This document shows, one piece after another, positions 11,674 to 23,638 of a stretch of DNA of 56,002 nucleotides. Origin of the DNA: Paraphysomonas bandaiensis. Lineage: Eukaryota; Protista; Chrysophyceae. How positions within the stretch are numbered: the stretch's first letter is position 1; each line of letters opens with the position of its first letter. A program made the translations under genes and the position numbers. Below the pieces are notes generated by a model. The model did no database searches. It was not told the DNA's origin and worked only from the letters and a program-made list of their open reading frames with translations. The DNA is taken from the NCBI GenBank assembly GCA_965644295.1, contig CBFFRP010000260.1, positions 1 to 56,002 of the forward strand, given 5' to 3'.

Positions 11674-12158
11674 GCAAAGTATATATATAATCTTTTTTTT
11701 TAAATTGCCTGATTCACATCAAAAAAGAAAGTATAATTGGTGCCCGCAGGAAAATTTGGTTTGCATCAAACAAAAAAGTATAATGAATGGCTGAGAATAA
11801 ATGTGTCATTGTACTAAATTATACTTTTGAGACCTGACTGGTGCGGAGAATTACCCGTATAGTTACTATATTCTAAAATGTGTGTATAGTTACTTTTGCT
11901 ATCCCCCTAAAATGAGCTACATGTTTATACAAACTGCATACCCCCGCTAAATTAAACCGTAGTTTGAGTTACACGGAGTTTATGCCATTTTTTTATTTTT
12001 TGTTCAATGTATGATGCTGGACTAGAAGGATAGTCTCACAATACAGCATCTCTGCAGTTCGCTTGTTATTGGATAGTGACTGCTACTCTGGTTTTACTCT
12101 CAGTGTGTATATGTCCTATATTCCCTTCATTATCTATGATTATTTCATTGAGGGGGCA

Positions 12159-12335
12159 TATTAGGATTCATCTTAATATAAGATAGTGTGTGTGAGTTAT
12201 GATGTTCAATGAAATATATCACGAACTGAATTAATGATAGTATCTGTTCAAGATACATGATCGTCATCATAATGATCGTCATTATCAGTTACACTTCTAA
12301 CTATTCCGTTGTACATGATAGTTATGTTCTATTTG
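12159..12335 (+). repeat. LTR-like dispersed repeat (same family as 44835-45134); right boundary approximate
   Basis: Preceded by the purine tract GAGGGGG. The sequence TATTAGGATTCA...GATACATGATCGTCATCATAATGATCG recurs at 44835 and 45018. Confidence 0.55.
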
Positions 12336-12399
12336 ACTATTCACTCTTTATCACTTCTTTACTGTGTTCATTACTTACACTCTAATAATCACAACATTG

Positions 12400-13135
12400 T
12401 TTTACTAATAAGCTTAAATCTTATTTGATAGCTATCATATCATTGGTTCTCATAATACGGTTAGCTACTACTGTATCCTTCGAGTAACGGTTATAATTCA
12501 AATACCTAGGAACTACAGCTTTTAATTGCTTACAAACTGCTTCTTCACAATTCATGGCACAACTGACGGATAGGGAACCACCGAAACCAGGTATAGGACA
12601 AACAGGTGGAAGTATGACTCCGAAGTTTCAGCTAGCCTGACCATATGACAACAAGTTTATGAACCTCTATTTCGTTTGTATGAGTTCTCTCTGATGACCT
12701 CCACAGAAGATTTCTGATCTTCTCCTAGACATCTCTTTCTATGTTTCTCATAAATCACACCACACAGAGATTTTGTAAATATGTCTGCTGTTTGGTCATC
12801 AGTTCCAACGTGATACAATATCGCAGTGTTAAATAGTCCTTCTGAATCTACATGTTCACGCATCCAGTGGTATTTGATCTCGATATGTTTCGATTTAATG
12901 ATAAATCACGGGCATTATGGCTATCTAGGAAGAATGGAGTGGGTTCGTACAATTGAAGTCCTAATTTAGCCAACACCCCCCGAAGCCACACCAGTTCCTG
13001 GATGCCAGCGTACATAGCTTGATATTCACTCTGCATTGAGGAAGTAGACACAGTAACTTGTTATAACCAGTCGTTGAACGACGGGACACGATATCCCCTG
13101 ACCAGTCAGCATCTGTGAAAATATGCAGCGTGTAG
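12400..13135 (-). mobile_element. Copia RNase H / 3' UTR remnant
   Basis: Frameshifted FTDADWSGD..RRSTTGY, STSSMQSEYQA, DQTADIFTKSL. The 3' UTR resembles the reverse complement of 22600-22900. Confidence 0.8.
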
Positions 13136-13657
13136 TCAATAGCAATCAGTTTAATGTAATGATGCATGCAGATGCTGATGGCAGTAGCTGATCAAACAGT
13201 CAAAAACAATACAAAAAATGCCCTGTTTTGATGTGATTTGAGTTCGAAAAGTGGCGATATTCATCAGCTCAAAAAAACAAAAAAGCGGCAATCTTGTGGG
13301 GGAATAGTACGTGGTGATGATGAGTGACACTTTCTGTTGTTTCCAAGAAATGGCCGGATGGGACATCTGTAAGTTGTAAGTGGGAAAAAGTCGACTAGGC
13401 AAAAAAATCGCCCTTTTTCGTTGTTTGAGAATATACATCATCTAAAAATCTTGGAGTTTTTGCCAAGTGGACTTTTTCCCATAAAATTCTGACTAATGTC
13501 TGGATATTTCCCGCTCTATGCCCGGTATGGTGCTGTATATGTATGTATGTATCTGGACTATGCATAATCTCATTATCATCTGCTCTATATACATACATAC
13601 ATACACACACACTCTGCTCTGTTAGCCTCATCAGCTCATTATATTATCACTATAGAT

Positions 13658-16600
13658 ATGTCGCATATATCTGATCTTAATGATGATGTTCTTCGTATCA
13701 TCTTCTCTATGATCCCATACACAGCTCTCCTTCCTGCGATGATGACTTGTAGGAGATTTCACGATATGGTTTATAAGATGAGCGATGAGTGGAGATATCA
13801 GTGGATAGATGAGAGGAGAATTAGCTATATAAACATGATATATGACGACATGACATATGAGTTGAGAGTTGTGTCACTTGTATCTCACTACTGTATGACC
13901 AACTCAATGGTCTCATGGGCTCTGGCTATGGGCTGCCCACACACCAAACTAGTGAATACATGTGCACAATACGGCAGACTACAGCAGCTCATACATCTCA
14001 AACGTGCCACTCTTCACAATGATACAACCACACAGGAACCACTACACCAATCGGATACACGGAATGATATTACTGCACAGGGTAGCCAGGTTAAGATGTT
14101 GCTTCATTCACAGGACCCTCCATGTGCATGGGATAAATGGACTTGCAGGGCAGCTGCAAGGGGTGGACACTTGGATGTTTTGCAGTGGCTTCGTTCACAG
14201 CACCCTCCATGTCCATGGAATGAATGGACTTGCCGTGATGCTGCTTCTGGTGGACACTTGGAAGTTCTGCAGTGGCTTCGTTCACAGCACCCTCCATGTC
14301 CATGGGATGAAGGAACTTGCAGTGATGCTGCGGAACGTGGACACTTGGATGTTCTGCAGTGGCTTCGTTCTCAGGACCCTCCATGTGCATGGGATGTAGA
14401 AGCTTGCCGCAATGCTGCTGCAGGGGGTGGACACTTGGATGTTCTGCAGTGGCTTCATCATTCACAGGACTATTTCATTCCATGGGATGACCATGCTTGC
14501 TCTGCTGCTGCAGGGGGTGGACACTTGGATGTTCTGCAGTGGCTTCGTTCACAGGACCCTCCATATCGATGTGATGAATGGACTTGCAGTGCTGCTGCTT
14601 CTGGTGGCCACTTGGATGTTCTGCAGTGGCTTCGTTCTCAGGACCCTCCATGTCCATGGGATGCAGATACTTTCCAAGCAGCTGCAAGGGGTGGCCACTT
14701 GGATATTCTGCAGTGGCTTCGTTCACAGAACCTTCCATATCTATGGGATAAAGCATTTTGCGTTAATACTGCTCTGAGTCATGGACACTTGCATGTTTTG
14801 CAGTGGCTTCGTTCACAGCACCCTCCATGTCCATGGGGTAAAGGAACTTGCAGGGATGCAGCAGAGAATGGACGCTTGGATGTTCTGCAGGGGCTTCGTT
14901 CACAGGACCCTCCATGCCCATGGAATGAAAGGACTTGCAGTGCTGCTGCTTTTGGTGGACACTTGGATGTTCTGCAGTGGCTTCGTTCACAGGACCCTCC
15001 ATGTCCATGGAATGAAGGGACTTGCAGTGCTGCTGCTTTTGGTGGACACTTGGATGTTCTGCAGTGGCTTCGTTCACAGGACCCTCCATGTCCATGGAAT
15101 GAAGAGAGTTGCCGCGCTGAAGCTTGCTCTGCAGCTGCAGAGAATGGCCACTTGGATGTTCTGCAGTGGCTTCGTTCACAGGACCCTCCATGTCCATGGA
15201 ATGAAGAGAGTTGCCGCGCTGCAGCAGAGAATGGACACTTGGATGTTCTGCAGTGGCTTCGTTCACAGGACCCTCCTTGTCCATGGGATGAATGGACTTG
15301 CAGGTCAGCTGCTTCTGGTGGACACTTGGATGTTCTGCAGTGGCTTCGTTCTCAGGACCCTTCATGTCCATGGGATGAATGGACTTGCAGTGCTGCTGCT
15401 TCTGGTGGCCACTTGGATGTTCTGCAGTGGCTTCGTTCACAGCACCCTCCATGTCCATGGGATGAAGAAGCTTGCCGTAATGCTGCTTCTGGTGGACACT
15501 TGGATGTTCTGCAGTGGCTTCGTTCACAGGACCCTCCATGCCCATGGAATGAAAGAACTTGCAGGTCAGCTGCTTCTGGTGGACACTTGGATATTCTGCA
15601 GTGGCTTCGTTCACAGAACCTTCCATATCTATGGGATAAAGCATTTTGCGTTAATACTGCTCTGAGTCATGGACACTTGCATGTTTTGCAGTGGCTTCGT
15701 TCACAGCACCCTCCATGTCCATGGGGTAAAGGAACTTGCAGGGATGCAGCAGAGAATGGACGCTTGGATGTTCTGCAGGGGCTTCGTTCACAGGACCCTC
15801 CATGCCCATGGAATGAAAGGACTTGCAGTGCTGCTGCTTTTGGTGGACACTTGGATGTTCTGCAGTGGCTTCGTTCACAGGACCCTCCATGTCCATGGAA
15901 TGAAGGGACTTGCAGTGCTGCTGCTTTTGGTGGACACTTGGATGTTCTGCAGTGGCTTCGTTCACAGGACCCTCCATGTCCATGGAATGAAGAGAGTTGC
16001 CGCGCTGAAGCTTGCTCTGCAGCTGCAGAGAATGGCCACTTGGATGTTCTGCAGTGGCTTCGTTCACAGGACCCTCCATGTCCATGGAATGAAGAGAGTT
16101 GCCGCGCTGCAGCAGAGAATGGACACTTGGATGTTCTGCAGTGGCTTCGTTCACAGGACCCTCCTTGTCCATGGGATGAATGGACTTGCAGGTCAGCTGC
16201 TTCTGGTGGACACTTGGATGTTCTGCAGTGGCTTCGTTCTCAGGACCCTTCATGTCCATGGGATGAATGGACTTGCAGTGCTGCTGCTTCTGGTGGCCAC
16301 TTGGATGTTCTGCAGTGGCTTCGTTCACAGCACCCTCCATGTCCATGGGATGAAGAAGCTTGCCGTAATGCTGCTTCTGGTGGACACTTGGATGTTCTGC
16401 AGTGGCTTCGTTCACAGGACCCTCCATGCCCATGGAATGAAAGAACTTGCAGGTCAGCTGCTTCTGGTGGACACTTGGATGTTCTGCAGTGGCTTCGTTC
16501 ACAGGACCCTTCATGTCCATGGGATGAAGGAACTTGCTGGGCAGCTGCAAGGGTTGGACACTTGGATATTCTGCAGTGGCTTCGTTCACAGGACCCTCCA

Positions 16601-16756
16601 TGCCCATGGAATAAAGAGACTTGCAGTGCTGCTGCTTCTGGTGGACACTTGGATGTTCTGCAGTGGATTTGTTCACAGGACCCTCGATGTGCACGGAATG
16701 AAGAAGCTTGCCGTGTTGCTGCGGAACGTGGATTCTACAGAACGAGGATACTTTGA
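13658..16756 (+). CDS. F-box + ankyrin-like repeat protein (about 30 x 29-aa CPWDExTCxxAAxGGHLDVLQWLRSQDPP units)
   Basis: N-terminal F-box ISDLNDDVLRIIFSMIP..LLPAMMTCRRFH; 87-bp tandem coding repeats; 1032-aa intact ORF. Confidence 0.9.
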   Translation: MSHISDLNDDVLRIIFSMIPYTALLPAMMTCRRFHDMVYKMSDEWRYQWIDERRISYINMIYDDMTYELRVVSLVSHYCMTNSMVSWALAMGCPHTKLVNTCAQYGRLQQLIHLKRATLHNDTTTQEPLHQSDTRNDITAQGSQVKMLLHSQDPPCAWDKWTCRAAARGGHLDVLQWLRSQHPPCPWNEWTCRDAASGGHLEVLQWLRSQHPPCPWDEGTCSDAAERGHLDVLQWLRSQDPPCAWDVEACRNAAAGGGHLDVLQWLHHSQDYFIPWDDHACSAAAGGGHLDVLQWLRSQDPPYRCDEWTCSAAASGGHLDVLQWLRSQDPPCPWDADTFQAAARGGHLDILQWLRSQNLPYLWDKAFCVNTALSHGHLHVLQWLRSQHPPCPWGKGTCRDAAENGRLDVLQGLRSQDPPCPWNERTCSAAAFGGHLDVLQWLRSQDPPCPWNEGTCSAAAFGGHLDVLQWLRSQDPPCPWNEESCRAEACSAAAENGHLDVLQWLRSQDPPCPWNEESCRAAAENGHLDVLQWLRSQDPPCPWDEWTCRSAASGGHLDVLQWLRSQDPSCPWDEWTCSAAASGGHLDVLQWLRSQHPPCPWDEEACRNAASGGHLDVLQWLRSQDPPCPWNERTCRSAASGGHLDILQWLRSQNLPYLWDKAFCVNTALSHGHLHVLQWLRSQHPPCPWGKGTCRDAAENGRLDVLQGLRSQDPPCPWNERTCSAAAFGGHLDVLQWLRSQDPPCPWNEGTCSAAAFGGHLDVLQWLRSQDPPCPWNEESCRAEACSAAAENGHLDVLQWLRSQDPPCPWNEESCRAAAENGHLDVLQWLRSQDPPCPWDEWTCRSAASGGHLDVLQWLRSQDPSCPWDEWTCSAAASGGHLDVLQWLRSQHPPCPWDEEACRNAASGGHLDVLQWLRSQDPPCPWNERTCRSAASGGHLDVLQWLRSQDPSCPWDEGTCWAAARVGHLDILQWLRSQDPPCPWNKETCSAAASGGHLDVLQWICSQDPRCARNEEACRVAAERGFYRTRIL
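14696..16480 (+). repeat. 888-bp internal tandem duplication within the F-box/ankyrin gene
   Basis: 14696-15583 is repeated at 15584-16471, including the diagnostic variants NLPYLWDKAFCVN and CRAEAC. Confidence 0.9.
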
Positions 16757-17173
16757 TTGACTGTATGAGACAATGACGATGTATTATATATTATATGATT
16801 TGTAGTAGTGACTATATTATATATTATAGATTTGGTGATGACAATGATTGATGTGAGATGTTTATTACAATTTTAATTAATTGATTTTCCCCATTTTGTC
16901 TCAGAAAAGCTTTTTTTCACCTGAATTGGGTTCAACAGAACGCTCATATTAGCACCGGGCCAATATAGAAGTATAGTGAATGTCTGATTTTTAGCAATAG
17001 GACAGACTAGTCTTCATCTAACTACTTACCTGGTGTTGGTTCTTGATACCTGCTGCTAATTATATAAATTAGATTTAAAGCTAGTCTTGGTATTCATTAA
17101 AGATGCACTTGGTTTTAATTAATTTAATTAAAGATTGAATAATAAGGCCCAATAGTACAATGGCAAGACACGT

Positions 17174-17647
17174 TTGAGCAAAGCGTTAGCACCACACATA
17201 TATGCGTATCTTGTACAGTCGCGTATCATGTATAGTTTTGGTAATTATTCAGGTAGACTGGAGGCCTCATCTGATCAGATTCCCGTCGACTACGCTCCGG
17301 AGGACCTTCCACCTGATGATGTAGAGATGACTGCAACAGCAGCGCGACGTGCAGATGGTGGATGTGGTAGTGACCGCGCAGGTAGATGTCGTCGTAGAAA
17401 ACATAAGAATTATATGGAATCGAATTCTGGCGACGAGGATGAATTGAATTCTAGCAACGAGGAGGAGCAGCAAGTCACAGAGAGCGAGCTGGAAAAAAGT
17501 GTCAGTGAAAGTTCCGATGAATTCAGCAGTTGCGATGAAATACAGATCAAAGTGGGTGAGACATTGAGAAATATTCATGGGCTCAATGGTATAGTTACTG
17601 CAGTGAATGGAAAGTTATATGATGTCAAGTATACTGATGGTTGTTAA
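17174..17647 (+). other. Possible gene fragment: acidic tract plus Tudor/SH3-like tail
   Basis: 157-aa ORF with a non-ATG start, ending IKVGETL..GIVTAVNGKLYDVKYTDG; adjacent to an LTR. Confidence 0.25.
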
Positions 17648-17755
17648 GTCATTGTATTTAAGACCACAAGTAGTTAGAAACAAAGTAGGTTCGAATAGGG
17701 CAATGACTGCTGGCAGCTACACTTATGTTGCTCTTGATGTTCAATGGGTTGACAG

Positions 17756-18051
17756 TGTTGAAAAACGCTCATTCTTACTTAGATCAAAGAGAGATTTAGT
17801 TGTTAGACTAGATAGACTGATTATAATCGTTTACACGAATTGTGATAAACAACACAAACTCGTTTAGCACCATGCAAAAATCACTACTTATGTAGACCTT
17901 TCGCTACTAAACATATCTTGAAAGAGCAAACTATTTCAGTTTTCTCAATATCATACCAACATCTACACATCACCATACTTCACTGTATTCTCGTACATTG
18001 TCTTCAAGTACCACATTGAATATATACTAGGATACAATCCATATTCTAATA
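17756..18051 (-). repeat. Copia 3' LTR (TA...CA on minus strand) with adjacent PPT
   Basis: Homologous end to end with 50416-50709. PPT GAGTGGGAG at 18052-18060 on the minus strand. Confidence 0.75.
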
Positions 18052-18993
18052 CTCCCACTCAATGTAGAATGCAGTGATACCAACAATGAGTACAGTTGCC
18101 CCATTCTGAGCGCGTACTTAGGTAGATTCGGATGGGGGCCGGGCGGGTACCTAACTAATACTTGATTTAAGTCCCATACGTTATTTGCTAGCTACCTACT
18201 GAACCCAACTAGCTACATCATTATCACATGGTATTCAGCGCTGAATATGCAGTGAGACCCCGGGTGGGGAGCCGCTGAACTAAGCAATGTGTACATAGAT
18301 AGAGGTGCGCGGTCGCAGCACTCAGCAGCACCCACTGGGGGGCCGCACGCAGTGATTAGTTACGCTGTCAATATGGGGCAGCTAGGAGTCCTATTCAATG
18401 CTGAAGAGCTGCAGTCCGAGTACTGGTTCAGGTATGAGAGAAGCTTGAGGCTTTAGTCATCGTGGAACGAGTTCTTTTGCAATGGAACTCAGGTTGGGAC
18501 CTGAGAGCCAAACTCTAAATAAGCTAAAACTCGCTTTAACAGAGAGAATGCTGTTTATTATTAACTTATACTACTTCTGCAGTACTAAATGCTTCTTGGC
18601 ACCCTAAGAAACTAAAGCACAACTCACCAGCTATGCAGTTCAGTACTAAACAGAAAAGTGACGAGCTACAACAACCAACAAAGAGAGAACAAGCTTAACT
18701 AAAAAGAATGACGATGCGCTTGGGCGTTGACAGCCACACAGTGACTAAATCCAAATTTTCTGCGAAGGAGTGACAATCTTCATGAATATTCTTGGAGAAT
18801 TCTTCTTCTTCATACTCTACACATTAATGTATGGACTCTGCTGTATACACTCTGAACTGCTGCTCATCTAAACGATAATGAGCACTCGACCAATTAGCAT
18901 TGAGAATAAGGAAAGCATTGGCTCAGTATTCGCTTCCTGTATTTATACAGTGTAGGGTACAGTATACTGATACTGTATACCGACCAGTGAAAT

Positions 18994-19071
18994 GAGCCCG
19001 GTGCCGGTCAAGACACGGTTCAGGGGTTTTTTTGCTTTTTTGGGGGGTTTTCTTCCTTTCCAACATCCAGC
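18994..19071. mobile_element. Left terminus of an older related MULE-like TIR element (target of the nested copy)
   Basis: GAGCCCGGTGCCGGTCAAGACACGGTT... is a deleted version of the TIR at 19072 and resumes after 21963 (AACATACAGCACACT). Confidence 0.65.
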
Positions 19072-21963
19072 GAGCCCGGTGCCGATCAAGACACGGTTTG
19101 TGGGGGTTTTGGTGGTTTGGTGCCAGAATGGACACGTTGGAGGTTTTTTTGCTTTTTTGGGGGGTTTTCTGACATTTTCCTTTCCAACATTCAGCACACT
19201 CAGCAGATAGGCAGGCTAGCTAACGTATCCATCCATACACCAATTCGATCTGTCAATCTTAATACAGCCATATATATCCACTTATTCAGTGATGAATTGT
19301 GATCTTGAATTGACTATGATGATATTATTTTACTTATGCACGTGATGGAACTCACAGAGGAAGATCAAGTGTTTCCAGACTTTGCAATAGATAGTCAGTT
19401 ATGGAGGCACACGTACAGGAAAACAACTGCGACACGACCCACATGTAGCGCAAGGAAGAAATAGAGTTACTATGATATGTATGAATCCATCATGTGCTCT
19501 AAGATTATGTGCTTGGTGTAAGCGTCCTAAAACATACTATATGGATAGTGTGCAAGTATTAAGGAGCACTAGGTGTTGAGCGAGGATGTTATGAGAATTC
19601 CTTGTGTCGTCTTCGGAAAAGCATCACAGGTATATATATATATATGTATAAACTTTTCATTATTCAGTACTTCAAGAACGAGGTGTTGAACAACGAAGAG
19701 TTTGCAGTGATCATGAAGGATATTGGAGTCGGTCGTCGTAATATTAGCACTACCCGCATTCAGGCGAGAAACACACAACAGCACTTTCATGTAATATCGC
19801 ACATGTAAATTGTGCAATAGTAAGCTTACTATGTTAGGCAATGTGTATAATTGCTTACGTTCTAATATTTTATAGTTGATAGGATATACAGAAAGAAGTC
19901 AGACATTGTCCAATGGAGGTTCACATTCTCGATACTGTGAGCGAGCGAGGTATTGTGCATACCATCACGTATACAGTGCATAGAAGCGAGTTGGGAAATG
20001 TGGACTTGTCTAAGCAGAAATGGGACTGTGGAAAGTACCAACAAACAGGAGATGCGTAGTTTCTGCTTAAAGAGTTGTATCCGAATGGAATGCCACAAGA
20101 CCTATTTTCGGAGAAATACTTTCATAAAGAATGCTTTACTATGAGAGTAAAAAATATGCTTGCAGACGTGCCTGAAATGTTAGGCACGATTCACTCTACT
20201 TCAGAAGTTGATAATCGATTGCGATCCAAATCGTTTAGGACTATCAAAGCTCCTCTTGCTAATGATTCCAAGTCTTACAGGAGTTCGAAACGATGGACTA
20301 GCACCGGAGAAAGTTCTAGCAGGTGTTGTTGTCATATCCGCGTCAGATATATTTATTCTTATACATTTATAATGTACAACAGTTCTACTAGTCAGGCTTT
20401 ATTCAAAAAGAAAAAAAACAGTGTCCCGACTGTCACCAGTGGCTCTCGCGCAAGACCCTGCATCCCACCAGTGCATGTAGCACGTATTGTATTCGTAATA
20501 GTATCAGTCCGCCTGAGGTTTTTCTTTCCGGTTATATTGACGAGTTGAATCACCCTAATGATATCGCTGAGCTATCAGAATCGCCTGCTGAAGAAACTGC
20601 AACACTTTTTAGTTAGAATATCTGTTGTGTATTCCATATATTTTATGGCCGCATGTATATTATCGTTTAGTTGGACAATTACATATCTTTAATTTTAAAG
20701 AAATGTGTCTTTACTGTTGTTGCGTTGTTGCTCAGTGATAAAATTCATGCACGGTGTTGAGATCTGAAGATTCTATATACTTGCAATTGAGTGCAGTATT
20801 ATGTGAGATGCAAGGATCGAAAGATATACTGTATATGTAATTAGTACATTATATTGTGTAGTATGAAACTGAAGTAGAAGATTAGTGACTATACAGGATA
20901 CGATCACTGAGTGTGTGGTTTGTACACTATAGTAGTAAATGAATGGTGTTGAACACATCGAATACAACTTAGGAGAATAGTAAGCCCTAGCAAATAATGT
21001 CAACTTCTAATACACGGTAGACGGTAGTGTTTAGTGTTTTACACTGTACTTGACTAGCTAGAACCTTTGACATACTACTAATAATAAATGATCACATTAA
21101 CCACTGCATGTAATATTCTAGCTAGTTGAAAAAACTTTTCTAATTCTGTTATAGCTAGATACTAGATCTGATGTAAAAGAGTTTGAAAATAGTCCTTATC
21201 TACACAGTCATGAAAATTTACATGTCATACACCCTGATAATACTAAACTGAAACCAAGACTATACACACAGAAAGGGGGAGGGGTCCTGGGGGCATAACA
21301 AGATTAATTTAAAAGGAATAAAACCGCTATCTTTTATTCAAAAGAATATCAGATATTAGTGTGTAGTCAAAAGAATATCAACACGCGAATTACAATATCA
21401 TTAACAGAACCAGACAAATTCACTGTTAAAAAGTATACATAAAACCAACTGTATGGAACTATTCAAGCAGTCACTAATCTACCTTCTACGAGTTACTTGT
21501 GCTCTTGCATGGAATCATAAGATTCGTTTGGCAACAAAGGCAGGGGATGTCAATCAAAGAAGATTATAGATATGTCAATATTTACTCATATATTTCTGAT
21601 TCCTACACCTGTTCATCTGAAAGACTCCTATATTCGATCTCATCGGAGTATAAGAGTGGCTAGCAGGACTATGAATGTATGTTCTTCGAGATCTAGCAAC
21701 TGCTCCACGTTGGCCTTCTTTAGCCCTAGCTGTGTCGATAGAGCATCGAGCTGGGTCCCTCGTCCAACTGGAAAGCCATTCACAGGGGAGTTGTGAACAC
21801 TATGTACCTTCCTGTCTTCTAGATGTTGGCAGTGAGTGTGCTGTATGTTGGAAAGGAAAATGTCAGAAACCCCCCCAAAAAAGCAAAAAAACCTCCAACG
21901 TGTCCATTCTGGCACCAAACCACCCAAAACCCCACAAACCGTGTCTTGATCGGCACCGGGCTC
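19072..21963. mobile_element. Non-autonomous Mutator-like DNA transposon with ~130-bp TIRs and a 10-bp TSD
   Basis: TIRs at 19072-19200 and 21835-21963, starting GAGCCCGGTGCCGATCAAG. Flanks are AACATCCAGC (19062-19071) and AACATACAGC (21964-21973). No intact transposase. Confidence 0.8.
20755..21012 (+). mobile_element. Solo LTR of the 23221-28513 Copia family
   Basis: Reverse complement of the LTR at 23221 with an internal deletion; TG...TA ends; perfect 5-bp TSD CACGG (20750-20754, 21013-21017). Confidence 0.9.
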
Positions 21964-22199
21964 AACATACAGCACACTAAGCCCAAGTGTAGCTTCGTAA
22001 CGTGTCAAATATATCGTATCGGCAGTCCGCATCTTATTTTTCGGGAATAAATTGAAGCAAATATTCTCTATATTACTGATATAAAACTACGGCTAGTATA
22101 CATATAATTGTTATCTCAATATTAGAGGCGTCTTTACACAAAAATACACAAAGGATGCCAATACGATTCAGTTGTAAATAGCCGTCTCTTCTTACTACA

Positions 22200-23160
22200 A
22201 CAGTGCAGGGTTCTATGGAGAGACTAGCTATACTTTCAAGTATTGGTAGGAAACAAGAGATGCTATCAACAATTTCTCAGTGAGATACTAACATCTTTAG
22301 AGGTCTCGATGTTTCTGTTTTAAGGATCATCATCCGTCACTTCTGTTTAAACGGGAAGCATTTGAAGTATCAGGCTATGTATATGCTGGTAGGCAGGAAC
22401 TGGTGTGGTTTCGGGGAATGCTGTGGTCGAACTGAGACTTCAACTGTACGAATCCACCCAATTCTTCCTGTTGCTGGATACAGCCAGAGCACTCGTGACT
22501 TAGCGTTAGATTTTGTGGTGTGATTTATCTCACAAGTATCAGAAATTGTATGTGGTGGTTATTAGAGAGAATTCCTATAAATGAAATAGAAGTTCATAAA
22601 TGTCTTGTCTATGGTAAGGCTGGCTGAAAAGTTGGAGTCATACGTCCGCCTGTTTGTCCTCTATTTGGTTTCGGTGGTTGCGTATCTGTCAGTTATGTAT
22701 CGTGGTGGGAAGGAGGGAATGTTGAGTTTTGCTGTTTCGGAGCAAGTAAAAGCTGTGGTTATAAGGTAATGGAATTATGACTGTTACTCGAAGAATACAG
22801 TTGTGGTTAGCAGTATTATGAGAACTAATGTCATGATAGCATAATTTTAATTGTGACACTAAAATATATTGGCCGTACAAGATCGTTACTATCTAAGATT
22901 GTATAAAAATGATTGGTAGTTAAGGTCCCATGAATATGGTGAATGACAAAGATTGATAAGAGATATTGTTTATATATCTAAACTCTCTATTTTACTTTTA
23001 CCTTTTACTAATTCTACAATCTTTGAGTGAATACACGTTCAGTTAACTTAGTATATTATCCAATTGTGTCAATTTCTAACAAGGTTATGTATGCCGGCAT
23101 GCAGGAATTGGTGTGGCTGGGGGGGGTAGGCTGAACTAGGATTTCGACTGTACGAGCCTT
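22200..23160 (+). mobile_element. Degenerate Copia RNase H / 3' UTR remnants
   Basis: Degenerate YQAMYAGRQELVWFRGML near 22370 and MYAGMQELVWL near 23087; 22600-22900 is similar to the 12400-12650 remnant. Confidence 0.6.
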
Positions 23161-23638
23161 GTAGTTCAATGTTGTAAGGCAAATACAAGCCACAAGTTGA
23201 CAGTAAACGATAGTGTTATTTAACAGAAGTTGACATTATTTGCTAAGGTTTACTATTCTCAACTGATAAGATGAAATTATAATCATTACATGATAAAGAA
23301 CCTAAGTTGTGTTCGATGTGTTCAACACCATTCATTTACTACTATAGTGTACAAACCACACACTCAGTGATCGTATCCTGTATAGTCATCCACTTCTACT
23401 TCAGTTTCATACTACATAATATAATGTACTAATTACATATATATCTTTCGATCCTTGCATCTCACATAATACTGCACTCAATTGCAAGTATATAGAATCT
23501 TCAGATCTCAACACTCCCCCTCAATTGAGTGTTGTACTATGACGCCTCCCAGCTATTGAATGCCTGAGATAAAAAAAATTCTTGACAGTAAAATAGACTC
23601 ATCTCTAAGTCTAAACCTCTGTCTAAAAAACTCAGTAC

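Noticed and set aside
13962-16760. Long alternative-frame and antisense ORFs over the F-box/ankyrin gene
   Set aside because: By-product of an 87-bp repeat lacking stops in those frames.
18060-18920. Possible further LTR or internal retroelement fragment
   Set aside because: Only weak similarity to 1557-2299; no definable ends.
18923-22050. Lys/Pro-rich small ORFs at 18.9-19.3 kb and 21.6-22.0 kb
   Set aside because: Translations of the TIR sequences.
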